Virus record (IMG/VR): IMGVR_UViG_2925891887_000008 | Length of the DNA: 38,557 bases | Strand: one strand, 5' to 3' | Origin: a virus | Taxonomy: Duplodnaviria > Heunggongvirae > Uroviricota > Caudoviricetes | Shown here: positions 10,556-20,125 of the stretch, piece by piece | Layout of the letters: each line of letters begins with the position of its first letter | How positions within the stretch are numbered: position 1 is the first letter of the stretch | Made by a program: the position numbers and the translations under genes | The notes under the pieces: generated by a model | Seen by the model: only the letters and a program-made list of their open reading frames with translations | Told to the model about the DNA's origin: nothing | The model's database searches: none

Positions 10556-10969
10556 TTATCTGCTTGCAGGGAAAACAGGCCAAATAATATCAGGTGCGGT
10601 GCTGGTATCTGTTGCCGTCACAGCCTCGATATAATCCAGCACAACGTTAAGTCGGGTAGTTTCCTCTTGCGTCAGTTTGCGCCCGGCCTGCAGCTTTAAC
10701 TGAATCACGCTGATATTGACCATTGCTGCGTCTATCAACGACTGTTTTTTCTGTTCAGCGTCAGCTACCAGTTCATCATGAGAACGTTCCGGAGTGGGTG
10801 GTGCAGTAAATACCCCGTCTGAATACGCCCAGCCGATTCCGGGCTGCTCACTGATATCAGAAATATTAATGAGCTGCAGATTATCCGGCACAGTGAATTC
10901 ATCCTCGCCATCCCAGACAATGACATTCACAACCATCCCATTTTCAATAACTGCATATGACGCATTCAT
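10556..10969 (-). CDS. Tail fibre assembly protein
   Basis: ATG MNASYAVIENG... overlaps the stop of the tail fibre gene by 1 nt (TAATG); the track ORF has an upstream TTG extension. Confidence 0.7.
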   Translation of the reverse strand: MNASYAVIENGMVVNVIVWDGEDEFTVPDNLQLINISDISEQPGIGWAYSDGVFTAPPTPERSHDELVADAEQKKQSLIDAAMVNISVIQLKLQAGRKLTQEETTRLNVVLDYIEAVTATDTSTAPDIIWPVFPASR

Positions 10970-12888
10970 TATGCAAACTCCTCGATAATACAAACCCCAT
11001 CAGCACCTTTCCCGCCCGTCATACTGGTTCCGCTATAACCTGCATCGTATGCACCACCTCCGCCTGAACCAAATGCCCTGCCTCTAACGCCACCGCCAGC
11101 GCCTGCGCGTCCACCGCCACCCCAGTACGATGTTCCGCCTTCACCGCTGACGCCGATATTTCCGGACTGACCGTCGCCTCCATCTCCACCAGTGATGCGG
11201 ATATCGCCAGTACTCGGCACACCTCCGTTACCGCCGTTTGTGTTTGTAACACCCACTTTCCCGCCACCTTCGCCACCAGGAGCAATTAACGATGCGAATA
11301 CGCTATTCCCGCCCCTGGTGCCGTTCGTTGCACTAACACCACCGGCCCCACCTGCGCCGATAGTGACTGGATAACTATTCTGTGTCGGGGTCATTATTGA
11401 AATTATTGTTCCACCGGCCCCACCGCCAGCACCGAAAAACGTTTCATTATTGGATGTAGCCTTGCAGCCGCCCCCTCCGCCACCGCCGCCCGTTATTGTG
11501 ACCCTGATCCGTTTTGTTTCTGGTGATGGGGTATACGTACCTGATGACGCGAAAGCCCGGGTACTCAGCCGGCGTCCCACGTATCCGCTTGTATCTCCCA
11601 AACCAAGATAACGAATAACCTCCTGTTTGCTTGTTTTAGCCAGAATATCCCGTCCAACATTAGTCAGGGTTGTCAGGCTGGCTGTATCATTCCCCGTAAA
11701 ATACGGTAGTTTGTCTGCCGCAGTGGCAAGGCCTGCCAGTGCGGTCAGTGTGGCGTCGGCAGGTTGTTTTCCATTGGCAAGGTCATATACAGCCTTCACA
11801 GCTTTTGGTGTGGCAGCCTGCGTTTCTGACGTGCTGTTAGTGGCGCTGCTGAGTTGCACGGTACCTTTTACCGTCAGTGAAGCTGCAGGCACATCCGTTA
11901 TCTGGCTCCACGGGTGCGTGTGACTGACAGGTGCCTTACCTGCTGCAAGGTCATATGCCGCCTTCACTGCCTTTGGTGTGGCAGCCTGCGTTTCTGACGT
12001 GCTGTTAGTGGCGCTGCTGAGTTGCACGGTGCCTTTTACCGTCAGTGAAGCTGCAGGCACATCCGTTATCTGATTCCACGGGTGTGTGTGACTGACAGGT
12101 GCCTTACCTGCTGCAAGGTCATATACAGCCTTCACTGCCTTTGGAGTGGCAGCCTGCGTTTCTGATGTGCTGTTAGTGGCGCTGCTGAGTTGCACGGTGC
12201 CTTTTACCGTCAGCGAGGCTGCAGGTACACCTGTTATCTGATTCCACGGGTGTGTGTGACTGGCGGATGCTTTACCTGCTGCAAGATCATATGCAGCCTT
12301 CACAGCCTTCGGTGTTGCGGCCAGTATTTCGGATTCACTGTTGGTCGCACTGCTTAACTGAGTAAAACCTTTTGCGGTCAGCGAGGCGTCCGGGTGACGT
12401 CGTGACTGTTCGTGCTCTGATATTTTGTCATCCACATACTTGCGGGTTGCCAGCACTACAGCAGGGTCGATTTTCAGGATGATATTGTCCGTACTGCTGG
12501 TAATCAGCACCATGCGCACGGTCTGGGTACGCCCACTGCCTTCAGCCAGTTGCGGCTTATAGCTTTCCGGGCAGTTACCCACGGCAATCAATGCCCCGGA
12601 CTCATCAAACAAGCCCACTTCACGTATCCACCAACCGCCCTCGTTTTCAGGGATCACCTGTTCAGCAATAATCTGGCTGCTGTTCTGCGGGTCGATATAA
12701 AGCATATTCAGCGCAGCCCGGCGTTTCTCATTTACCAGTGCCGTCTGCTTTGCGTCCGGCGTTGGCAATACTCCGCCGCCATCGCCCACCGCCATATGGG
12801 TAATTTTTAGCGGCACACCGAGCGCGGCGGCGCTGGCAAGTTTCGCCGCGCCAATATCCGTCAGCAGGGTATAAAATTTTGTGCTCAT
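10969..12888 (-). CDS. H: Tail fibre protein (P2 H-like N-terminus, internal 56-aa repeats, Gly-rich C-terminal domain)
   Basis: 639-aa ORF; N-terminus MSTKFYTLLTDIGAAKLA... is typical of P2-family H; the C-terminal roughly 170 aa are very Gly-rich. Confidence 0.85.
   Translation of the reverse strand: MSTKFYTLLTDIGAAKLASAAALGVPLKITHMAVGDGGGVLPTPDAKQTALVNEKRRAALNMLYIDPQNSSQIIAEQVIPENEGGWWIREVGLFDESGALIAVGNCPESYKPQLAEGSGRTQTVRMVLITSSTDNIILKIDPAVVLATRKYVDDKISEHEQSRRHPDASLTAKGFTQLSSATNSESEILAATPKAVKAAYDLAAGKASASHTHPWNQITGVPAASLTVKGTVQLSSATNSTSETQAATPKAVKAVYDLAAGKAPVSHTHPWNQITDVPAASLTVKGTVQLSSATNSTSETQAATPKAVKAAYDLAAGKAPVSHTHPWSQITDVPAASLTVKGTVQLSSATNSTSETQAATPKAVKAVYDLANGKQPADATLTALAGLATAADKLPYFTGNDTASLTTLTNVGRDILAKTSKQEVIRYLGLGDTSGYVGRRLSTRAFASSGTYTPSPETKRIRVTITGGGGGGGGCKATSNNETFFGAGGGAGGTIISIMTPTQNSYPVTIGAGGAGGVSATNGTRGGNSVFASLIAPGGEGGGKVGVTNTNGGNGGVPSTGDIRITGGDGGDGQSGNIGVSGEGGTSYWGGGGRAGAGGGVRGRAFGSGGGGAYDAGYSGTSMTGGKGADGVCIIEEFA
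11700..12390. repeat. Four tandem 168-bp (56-aa) in-frame repeats inside the tail fibre gene
   Basis: Repeat unit GGTCATAT(A/G)C(A/C)GCCTTCAC...GGCAGCCTGCGTTTCTGA recurs with period 168 bp at 11781, 11949, 12117 and, more degenerate, 12285. Confidence 0.8.
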
Positions 12889-13490
12889 GGATTCACTCTC
12901 ATTGTGTCAATAACATGGACCGCCCCGCCTTCATGCGCGGTGCCACCGGAAATAATCGTTTCGTTGATATACGGATAGATCGTGATTTCTTCGCCAAGAT
13001 AGCTGGCGGCTCCCACCCAATGCGGGCCGCTGGTCTGCAGATTGATGGACATGCCGATCATGTGGCGGCTACATGGTTTGGCATCGCTTATCAGTCGCTC
13101 AAGTTCCAGATAGGTATCTTCAGTGATACCCTGGTCCTGCACGCCGATATCCAGGCGAAACGTGCCCGGTGCCTCTCCGGTCTGCCACCACTCAATAATG
13201 CGGATCAGAAAGCCGAACGGCTCCACCACCCGCCGCACGGCACTGGTGGTCCCTTTATGCTGATGAATATAAAAAGCATCCTTCACCACCTGGCGCTTGA
13301 CGCTTTCTGTCCAGCCCTCGTCCCAGCGATCTACAGAGAACGCCCAGGCGAGATAAGGCAGGAAACTGACCGGACAGGTTGCCGGATTCCACAAGTCACG
13401 AAGCGGCACCTGCAGATCAGAAATCCCGCTGCAGGTTTGCGCCAGTCGGCGCTCCAGTGGTGTTGAACCCGGTGGCAGCAGACTATTCAT
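12885..13490 (-). CDS. I: Baseplate assembly protein I
   Basis: 201-aa ORF between J and H. Confidence 0.8.
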   Translation of the reverse strand: MNSLLPPGSTPLERRLAQTCSGISDLQVPLRDLWNPATCPVSFLPYLAWAFSVDRWDEGWTESVKRQVVKDAFYIHQHKGTTSAVRRVVEPFGFLIRIIEWWQTGEAPGTFRLDIGVQDQGITEDTYLELERLISDAKPCSRHMIGMSINLQTSGPHWVGAASYLGEEITIYPYINETIISGGTAHEGGAVHVIDTMRVNP

Positions 13491-14391
13491 CCGTTCCTCC
13501 GTTGGTTACGCTCCACTGCGTACATGATGCCGCCTGTGTTTTGTTCAGGACCACATCCTCCAGAGGAGAAGCCAGCTCCACACGCTGCACACCCTCAACA
13601 TGCAGGGCGGCAAAGATGGCGCTACGGCGAATATCCCGACCAAGACGCGTCTGACTGGCGATGTACTTCTGCAGGCTGGCTTTTGCCGCTGCCATTACCG
13701 GCTCTGCTTCCGGTCCAGGATAGAGAAAAATGGTGGCTTCCACGCGATACGGGATGATTTCTGCGCTGCGAACCGTAAGACGGTCAGCCACCGGGCGGAC
13801 GTTCTCACTGTTCAGAGCTTTTTCCACCACGTCCAGCAGGTCTTTTTCTGCAGTTCCGTCGCCTTCGCGGCTAAGGACAGTCAGCACCACCTCTGCAGGT
13901 GCCGGGCTGGTTGCACTGGCATCCGCCACCCGACCGTCGGCGCTTCGGGCATGAAATTCATAAGCTGCAGTTGGCCCCGCAACTGAAAGCCCTTCAAAGG
14001 CTGCAGGCACACGCAGGCGTAACGCTTCATCGCTTTCCATCACAGCTGCAACGGGCGGCACAGCGTCATTATCAGCAGGCGTCACCGTCAGGCGTTTCAC
14101 GTTGTAGTTGGCAGCGAGCTGGTCAAGATCGCTGCCCATCGCGTAAGCCACCATCACAGCCTGCGCGGCTTCGTTAATGCGCTGGCGCAGAAGCAACTCA
14201 CGGTAAGCGTTCTCCTGCAGCAATTTGGTGACGGGTTCAGATTCCAGTTCCAGCGTGCGGATCACTGCTTCCTGCTCATCTTTCGGATGAAGCGCAACAA
14301 ATCCGGCCTTGCGTTCGGCAAGCAGCGTCTCAAAGTCCGGCACATCCACAATCTGCGGCGCAGGCAACTGCGAAAGGTCAATCACTGCCAT
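13483..14391 (-). CDS. J: Baseplate assembly protein J
   Basis: Start taken at MAVIDLSQLPAPQI...; overlaps the 3' end of W. Confidence 0.8.
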   Translation of the reverse strand: MAVIDLSQLPAPQIVDVPDFETLLAERKAGFVALHPKDEQEAVIRTLELESEPVTKLLQENAYRELLLRQRINEAAQAVMVAYAMGSDLDQLAANYNVKRLTVTPADNDAVPPVAAVMESDEALRLRVPAAFEGLSVAGPTAAYEFHARSADGRVADASATSPAPAEVVLTVLSREGDGTAEKDLLDVVEKALNSENVRPVADRLTVRSAEIIPYRVEATIFLYPGPEAEPVMAAAKASLQKYIASQTRLGRDIRRSAIFAALHVEGVQRVELASPLEDVVLNKTQAASCTQWSVTNGGTDE

Positions 14392-14737
14392 TCTCTGCTC
14401 CTGTTGATACTGAAAGGGACACAGGCACACCGTTATTCCGCCGCCCGGTCAGCTCCACCACCATTGAACCGTCAAAATTGCTGTTAATAGTGATGGAATC
14501 CAGCGTCAGCCGTGGCTCCCAGCGACTCAGTGCCACATACACAGCCGACATAACCTGCAGGCGTAACGCCGGATTTTGTGGCTGATCTATCAGTGCCGAC
14601 AGCAGGGAACCATATTCCCGACGGGCAATGCGGCTACCCTGCGGCGTCAGCAGAATGTCCCGCACCGACTGGCGCAGATGGTCAATATCAGTAATGGCTT
14701 TACCGTTGGTATTGTTCATCCCGCTATAAAGCGTCAT
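14378..14737 (-). CDS. W: Baseplate protein W (gp25-like)
   Basis: 119-aa ORF between V and J. Confidence 0.8.
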   Translation of the reverse strand: MTLYSGMNNTNGKAITDIDHLRQSVRDILLTPQGSRIARREYGSLLSALIDQPQNPALRLQVMSAVYVALSRWEPRLTLDSITINSNFDGSMVVELTGRRNNGVPVSLSVSTGAENGSD

Positions 14738-15312
14738 ACCGGGCCTCCGGTTGTGTCGCCGCCTTTCAGGACGCCAGTATGCTGATGCGCATCAACCACG
14801 ATCCCGTTAGAACTCATTGCTCCGCCGCCCTGGGTAACGCCACCATTGATCACCACTTCGCTGTTAATGCGCGTGCGGTCAGCCTCCAGTACAAACTCAC
14901 TGGTTTTCATGGTGATGTTGTCAGCGGCCTCAATGACCATTGATTTGATGCCCCTGACATACCAGCGCCCGGTGGCGGGTTCATATTCAAACCAGCCACC
15001 GTCCGGGTATTCCGTCACGTTGCCGTCCTCAGAGCCTGAAGGTGGCGGAAACTGGTTTGAGTAGACCGCAGGCAGGGCAAACGCGGTTTCCAGATTGCCG
15101 CCAAGGCTGAACAGCACAACCTGCTCACCCACAGACGGTTTCCACCAGGTGCGCGATTTGCCCGCGCGCAGTGTCAGCCAGTTAATCCAGTTGGTTTCGA
15201 GGTCGCCAGTTTTCACCCGACACAGCCAGTTTGCCCTGTCCACTTCGGTGACTACACCTGTGCGGATCAGGTTGGTGATAAGGCGCATGATTTCGGTTAA
15301 TTGTGCGTTCAT
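14734..15312 (-). CDS. V: Baseplate spike protein V
   Basis: 192-aa ORF, first gene of the V-W-J-I-H operon. Confidence 0.85.
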   Translation of the reverse strand: MNAQLTEIMRLITNLIRTGVVTEVDRANWLCRVKTGDLETNWINWLTLRAGKSRTWWKPSVGEQVVLFSLGGNLETAFALPAVYSNQFPPPSGSEDGNVTEYPDGGWFEYEPATGRWYVRGIKSMVIEAADNITMKTSEFVLEADRTRINSEVVINGGVTQGGGAMSSNGIVVDAHQHTGVLKGGDTTGGPV

Positions 15313-16083
15313 AGGGAAAGGTTGCCATCAATAGCAAGCAGTAGACAGCCTTTGTAATTGTATTAGACATAGAACAAATGCCTTTCAATGGTCTGCGTTA
15401 GAGCATTAATACGTTGCAAAAGGTCGAATGACGTTGCGCAAGTTAAGAAGTTCAATGCTCTTAAAAAAGCACTTGAAAGCAACGCCTTTAATTATTAAAA
15501 GCCAATTAATTTAGGCGGTTACTATGTTATCTTTGACACAAAAGATGTTTATTGACAATATATAAGTTCAATCTAACAAGGAGAAAAATTATGCCAAATG
15601 AAAATCTTGATATTGACTCAAGGACTACCGAGCAATTATACGAATGGTATTTGCAAGGAAATTTGATAGTCAATAGACGTTATCAAAGGAAACTTGTATG
15701 GTCTCTAGAAGAAAAGACTTCTTTAATATCTTCTATGCTGCAACAATATCCTATTCCGTTATTATTATTTGTTACCATCAATGAACAAAGAGAAATATTG
15801 GATGGAATGCAAAGATTAGAAGCAATTATGAGCTTCATCGAACAGAGATTTTCATTAGATGGACAATATTTTGATTTGGACTCTATAGCTTTAACAAAAC
15901 AACTTAAAGATAATGGAACTTTAATTCAGAAAGAACCAATCCTTTCCCGTGATTCTTCAGCAATTATTGCACGTTATCGATTTGCAATATCAGAATATAG
16001 CTCCACAAATGAAAATATTGACGAAGTATTCAGACGAATAAACTCAAACGGGAAGATTTTATCCAAACAAGAATTACGTAGTG

Positions 16084-16092
16084 CAGGAACAG
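16084..16092. repeat. IS1 target-site duplication, left copy (CAGGAACAG)
   Basis: Identical 9-mer immediately flanks both IS1 ends. Confidence 0.85.
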
Positions 16093-16147
16093 GGTGATGC
16101 TGCCAACTTACTGATTTAGTGTATGATGGTGTTTTTGAGGTGCTCCA

Positions 16148-16423
16148 GTGGCTTCTGTTTCTATCAGCTGTCCCTCCTGTTCAGCTACTGACGGGGTGGT
16201 GCGTAACGGCAAAAGCACCGCCGGACATCAGCGCTATCTCTGCTCTCACTGCCGTAAAACATGGCAACTGCAGTTCACTTACACCGCTTCTCAACCCGGT
16301 ACGCACCAGAAAATCATTGATATGGCCATGAATGGCGTTGGATGCCGGGCAACCGCCCGCATTATGGGCGTTGGCCTCAACACGATTTTCCGCCATTTAA
16401 AAAACTCAGGCCGCAGTCGGTAA
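16148..16423 (+). CDS. insA: IS1 InsA
   Basis: 91-aa [26 protein letters not shown]... typical of InsA. Confidence 0.85.
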   Translation: MASVSISCPSCSATDGVVRNGKSTAGHQRYLCSHCRKTWQLQFTYTASQPGTHQKIIDMAMNGVGCRATARIMGVGLNTIFRHLKNSGRSR

Positions 16424-16845
16424 CCTCGCGCATACAGCCGGGCAGTGACGTCATCGTCTGCGCGGAAATGGACGAACAGTGGGGATACGTCGGGGCTAAA
16501 TCGCGCCAGCGCTGGCTGTTTTACGCGTATGACAGGCTCCGGAAGACGGTTGTTGCGCACGTATTCGGTGAACGCACTATGGCGACACTGGGGCGTCTTA
16601 TGAGCCTGCTGTCACCCTTTGACGTGGTGATATGGATGACGGATGGCTGGCCGCTGTATGAATCCCGCCTGAAGGGAAAGCTGCACGTAATCAGCAAGCG
16701 ATATACGCAGCGAATTGAGCGGCATAACCTGAATCTGAGGCAGCACCTGGCACGGCTGGGACGGAAGTCGCTGTCGTTCTCAAAATCGGTGGAGCTGCAT
16801 GACAAAGTCATCGGGCATTATCTGAACATAAAACACTATCAATAA
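16342..16845 (+). CDS. insB: IS1 InsB frame (expressed as InsAB' by -1 frameshift)
   Basis: -1-frame ORF overlapping the insA 3' end; slippery A6C at 16399-16405. Confidence 0.8.
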   Translation: MPGNRPHYGRWPQHDFPPFKKLRPQSVTSRIQPGSDVIVCAEMDEQWGYVGAKSRQRWLFYAYDRLRKTVVAHVFGERTMATLGRLMSLLSPFDVVIWMTDGWPLYESRLKGKLHVISKRYTQRIERHNLNLRQHLARLGRKSLSFSKSVELHDKVIGHYLNIKHYQ

Positions 16846-16860
16846 GTTGGAGTCATTACC

Positions 16861-16869
16861 CAGGAACAG
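16861..16869. repeat. IS1 target-site duplication, right copy (CAGGAACAG)
   Basis: Identical to 16084..16092. Confidence 0.85.
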
Positions 16870-18187
16870 TTAGTAACTTCTCTGAACTGGTCAGATCGAT
16901 ATCAACATCGATCAGAGGTGATACTAGCCATTCTGACATTATGAATCTCCAGCAAATGCACAAAATTTCAATCAGTAACGATAGATTGGAGTACGGGGTA
17001 AATATCGATAACCACTTTTATATAAAACATCATATTTTAACAAGACGAAGTATTCGTGATTCTGATGACGAGGAATTGATAGCCAATATCCTTGCATATA
17101 TCAGTCTAGAAGAAAAACCCACATCTGGGTCAACTTCTCTCGACACATTCTATGGTCAAGGAAACTCCTCTCATGCTCATGGTGTCAGACAGCAATTAGA
17201 GTCTTTCATTCAAACCAATAACGCTGCCACTATTAAGCAGAATTTCATAGCTGTATATGAATTAATTACAAGCCTATATGACGGAAAAAATGATACTTTT
17301 AGAAGCCATATTTTAGGGGAGGATAATTCATCTCAAGAATGCCCTCGTTATTATCAAGCTGTGTTTTTGTCTATTTATGAACTTCTTTTCAACCAAAATA
17401 TGCAATTAATTGATAAAGAAGGTTTATTCTCGCAATTAAAAAACACTGGCAATACCATAATTATGGTTACCGATGGTGGCCGCTGGGCTGCAAGCACTCG
17501 TGAAAAAAGTGTTAATGATCTTGTTGCATTAATAAGTCGTTACTTCCAACCTGCTCCTCAAAAGTATGTGAATCATGCTTGGGTAACTGAAATTCGCAAT
17601 CTATTAACAAATTCTAGAACTGAACAACCAAGTTATGATTTCAAACAAGGGTTCTTTAATTTATCAGGTAAAAATGAATTTGATGATGAATGTTTAAAAG
17701 GAATATTACAAACTTGCGTAGCAATAAATAATATTGGAAAAAGCGCAAAAGGCTATATTTTAGTTGGTATTGCCGAAAATAAATTAACCGCAGATAGAAT
17801 TCAACATTTATATGGAGTAAATTCAATTGAGTTCAATGGGTTCTATATAAACGGAATTGATCATGAAGCAATGTTAGTCTCTGGTAGCATTGATGATTAC
17901 TTTATGTTAATAAAACAAAAAATACAAGGATACAATTTCACTGAAACTCTAAAACAGCAGATACTTAAGAATATTGAGTTTTGCTCTTACAATGGCTTAC
18001 ACATACTCAAGATAACTATTCAGAGCACAGGTCAAATTTGCGACTTTGAGAATATGTTTTATATCAGACAAGGCTCATCGACTGATCCAGTTACGGATAC
18101 ACAAAAAATCTCAGCTCTATTTAACTCTTACATGAACAGCTAATCAATCGCCATCTCCACTGGAGCTGGCTTATGGATAAAAACAAA

Positions 18188-18226
18188 AGACGAGAGGGCT
18201 ATTTAAACCTCCTCGTCTTTATTTTG
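18188..18226. terminator. Hairpin plus T-tract between the convergent cargo gene and gene S
   Basis: AGACGAGAGGG / CCTCCTCGTCT inverted repeat followed by TTTATTTTG. Confidence 0.4.
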
Positions 18227-18665
18227 ATAGCTCCTCCTTTATGCTCATAATAATATTTTCTTCTGTTTTATAAGATAAGCCCAATAAAGTACGTTGCGGA
18301 TATTTCGCGATTAAACCTTTTTTATTTACCCGATCACGCAGGCCGTAATGGTGAACACGGGCAATACGCTGTACCATACCTTCAAACTGCACGCTGGCAG
18401 AATCGGCGCTGGCGGCAGTTTTCAGGTATTTTGTGGTGCGAAGCTTTGTAAACATCTGACGTTTGATGCGCCCCTTTTTACTACGTGCTGTTACCCTTCG
18501 CGGTTCATAGCTGCTGCCATCAGGATTACGCTGCATCCTGATGTTCTGCTGCTGTGTCCGGCGCAGTTCCTGCGCCAGCTGGCGCATCATGCGGCTTCTT
18601 GCGGCTGGCTCCAGATTCGCCAGCAAGGCACTCAGCCAGTCGTCCACCTTCTGCAATTCAGCCAC
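18219..18665 (-). CDS. S: Tail completion protein S
   Basis: 148-aa ORF following R in P2 order. Confidence 0.8.
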   Translation of the reverse strand: MAELQKVDDWLSALLANLEPAARSRMMRQLAQELRRTQQQNIRMQRNPDGSSYEPRRVTARSKKGRIKRQMFTKLRTTKYLKTAASADSASVQFEGMVQRIARVHHYGLRDRVNKKGLIAKYPQRTLLGLSYKTEENIIMSIKEELSK

Positions 18666-19110
18666 GTTTCACCGTCCACATTTCTTCAGGTTCATCGGGT
18701 TCCGCTACAGCTTCAACACTCGACACACTGCCGTCAGTGCTGACCAGCACACGCTCCGTCAGTTGCAGGTTAAGGCTGATATCACAGACATCGTTGCGCA
18801 AAATATCCACCTCAAAGGTGAATAACTTTTCCCGTAACGCCGGGTTATTGATGGCATCAGGCTGGTTATCCCGCAGCCACAATAAAACCGGGGCCATCAG
18901 CAGATTCTGGTCGCCGCTGAAATCCTCAATCACCGCGTTCAGGGTGTAACGGTACTCCCACGACATGGAGCTGGCCCCCGTGGCAACCAGCGAACCGTTA
19001 TCCACAAACAGATGCAGTTTGTCCGGGTTATTGCGGACATAAGGCACTGCTTTATTGAGGGCGTGGCGCAGGGACTGTGGTTTGTTCACTGTTTCGCTCC
19101 TGACACGCAA
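18658..19110 (-). CDS. R: Tail completion protein R
   Basis: 150-aa ORF downstream of the lysis cassette. Confidence 0.8.
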   Translation of the reverse strand: MRVRSETVNKPQSLRHALNKAVPYVRNNPDKLHLFVDNGSLVATGASSMSWEYRYTLNAVIEDFSGDQNLLMAPVLLWLRDNQPDAINNPALREKLFTFEVDILRNDVCDISLNLQLTERVLVSTDGSVSSVEAVAEPDEPEEMWTVKRG

Positions 19111-19342
19111 TAATCATGTCCACTTTGTCTGCACAGACCGCCCAGGCGGCCTCCGTTTCATCCAGCAATGCGTTCAGATCACCGTTAGTGCGCGGCGCTG
19201 CCTGCTCCAGCCGACACGGCGTCACTCGCGGACAACCACTGACGGTAAGCTGCACCTCCGGTGAGTGCCGGACGTTCCCGCAGCCGGATAATGTCAGCAG
19301 GCAAAGGAGTATCAGCCCAGCGGCGTAAATCCTCGTTCTCAC
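19052..19342 (-). CDS. lysC: LysC-like outer-membrane spanin lipoprotein (Rz1-like)
   Basis: Signal peptide plus lipobox LTLSGC; embedded out of frame in the 3' part of lysB, then extends past it. Confidence 0.5.
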   Translation of the reverse strand: MRTRIYAAGLILLCLLTLSGCGNVRHSPEVQLTVSGCPRVTPCRLEQAAPRTNGDLNALLDETEAAWAVCADKVDMIIACQERNSEQTTVPAPRPQ

Positions 19343-19613
19343 GTTTCAGTTCCTCGATCCGGCGTTGTCGTTGTCTCAGCAGTGCGCTGGTCTGTTCTGC
19401 TTCGGCGTAGAGCCGCGCCTGCTCCCGGTTGTTGGTTTCAGCCAGAATGGACAGACCGATCAGCTGGCTGTTTTTCTTCGTCAGTTCTTGCGCTTTACTT
19501 TTCAGCGCCGCGCGCTGCGTTTCGATGGTGTGGCTGGCGCTGTTAAGCCGCCACGACTGCCAGCCCAGCGCAACGAGTGCCAGCGCCACCACTACTGCCA
19601 GCGCACGCGTCAT
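19185..19613 (-). CDS. lysB: LysB-like inner-membrane spanin (Rz-like)
   Basis: N-terminal TM helix followed by a charged coiled-coil region. Confidence 0.6.
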   Translation of the reverse strand: MTRALAVVVALALVALGWQSWRLNSASHTIETQRAALKSKAQELTKKNSQLIGLSILAETNNREQARLYAEAEQTSALLRQRQRRIEELKRENEDLRRWADTPLPADIIRLRERPALTGGAAYRQWLSASDAVSAGAGSAAH

Positions 19614-20125
19614 AGTCCAGCTCCTTTAAGGCACCAGGCCATCTCCCGCGCACGGCGGTTATCCAGCCCCTGATTAAACACACCTTTCACATAAACCCAG
19701 CGCGGCAACTGTCGGCACGCATCCGCCCAGCGCCGCTGATTGAGTAACTTCACCAGCGTGGAACTGCAGGCATTGCCCGTCCCCACGTTGAAGGCAAACG
19801 ACACCACCGCGTCATACACCTTTTGTGGCGGCTGTTGCTTCACACATCTTTCCAGCGCCCGCTCCACACGTAGCACGTTTGAGATCAGCCCTTCTGCTGC
19901 CTGTCGTTCCGTAATGGTTTTGCCGGGAATGACGCCCGATGTATTACCAATGCCGTCGGTCCAGACACCCGCGCTGCACTGATACGGCTGCAGACGACAG
20001 CCTTCGTAATCGGCAATCAGTTTCAGCCCCTCCACGGAGGTGTGAAGCTGCTGAAAACCCGGCAGCGTGGCAGCAATAGCCAGCACGGCTCCGACAAGGC
20101 AGCGTTTAACGATTGATGGATTCAT
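19610..20125 (-). CDS. K: Endolysin (T4-lysozyme-like, P2 gene K equivalent)
   Basis: Start MNPSIVKRCLVGAVLAIAA... with RBS GGGAGG; lysozyme-like motifs; the track ORF carries an upstream extension. Confidence 0.8.
   Translation of the reverse strand: MNPSIVKRCLVGAVLAIAATLPGFQQLHTSVEGLKLIADYEGCRLQPYQCSAGVWTDGIGNTSGVIPGKTITERQAAEGLISNVLRVERALERCVKQQPPQKVYDAVVSFAFNVGTGNACSSTLVKLLNQRRWADACRQLPRWVYVKGVFNQGLDNRRAREMAWCLKGAGL

Larger units (their letters stand above)
16093..16860 (+). mobile_element. Insertion sequence IS1 (768 bp)
   Basis: Termini GGTGATGCTGCCAACTTACTGAT...GTTGGAGTCATTACC, insA/insB ORFs, A6C frameshift motif at 16399-16405, 9-bp duplication. Confidence 0.9.
15591..18143 (+). 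pseudogene. IS1-disrupted cargo gene: DUF262 (ParB/Srx-like, DGQQR-type) N-terminal domain with about 400-aa uncharacterised C-terminal region; about 591 aa if reconstructed
   Basis: N-part 15591..16092 carries RRYQRKLVW...ILDGMQRLEA; after removing IS1 and one 9-bp duplication the frame runs unbroken into ORF 16941..18143. AT-rich, opposite strand to flanking late genes, own RBS AAGGAG. Confidence 0.6.

Noticed and set aside
11700-12390. Regularly spaced repeats that could be mistaken for a CRISPR array
   Set aside because: The repeat unit is 168 bp with no distinct spacers and lies in frame within the tail fibre gene. No short repeat/spacer array exists anywhere in the window.
12879-13466. 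195-aa plus-strand ORF antisense to baseplate gene I
   Set aside because: Shadow ORF within a conserved P2 late gene.
16119-16560. Additional ORFs inside IS1 (16119..16331 plus, 16181..16396 minus, 16291..16560 minus)
   Set aside because: They are alternative-frame or antisense ORFs within the well-characterised IS1 insA/insB region.
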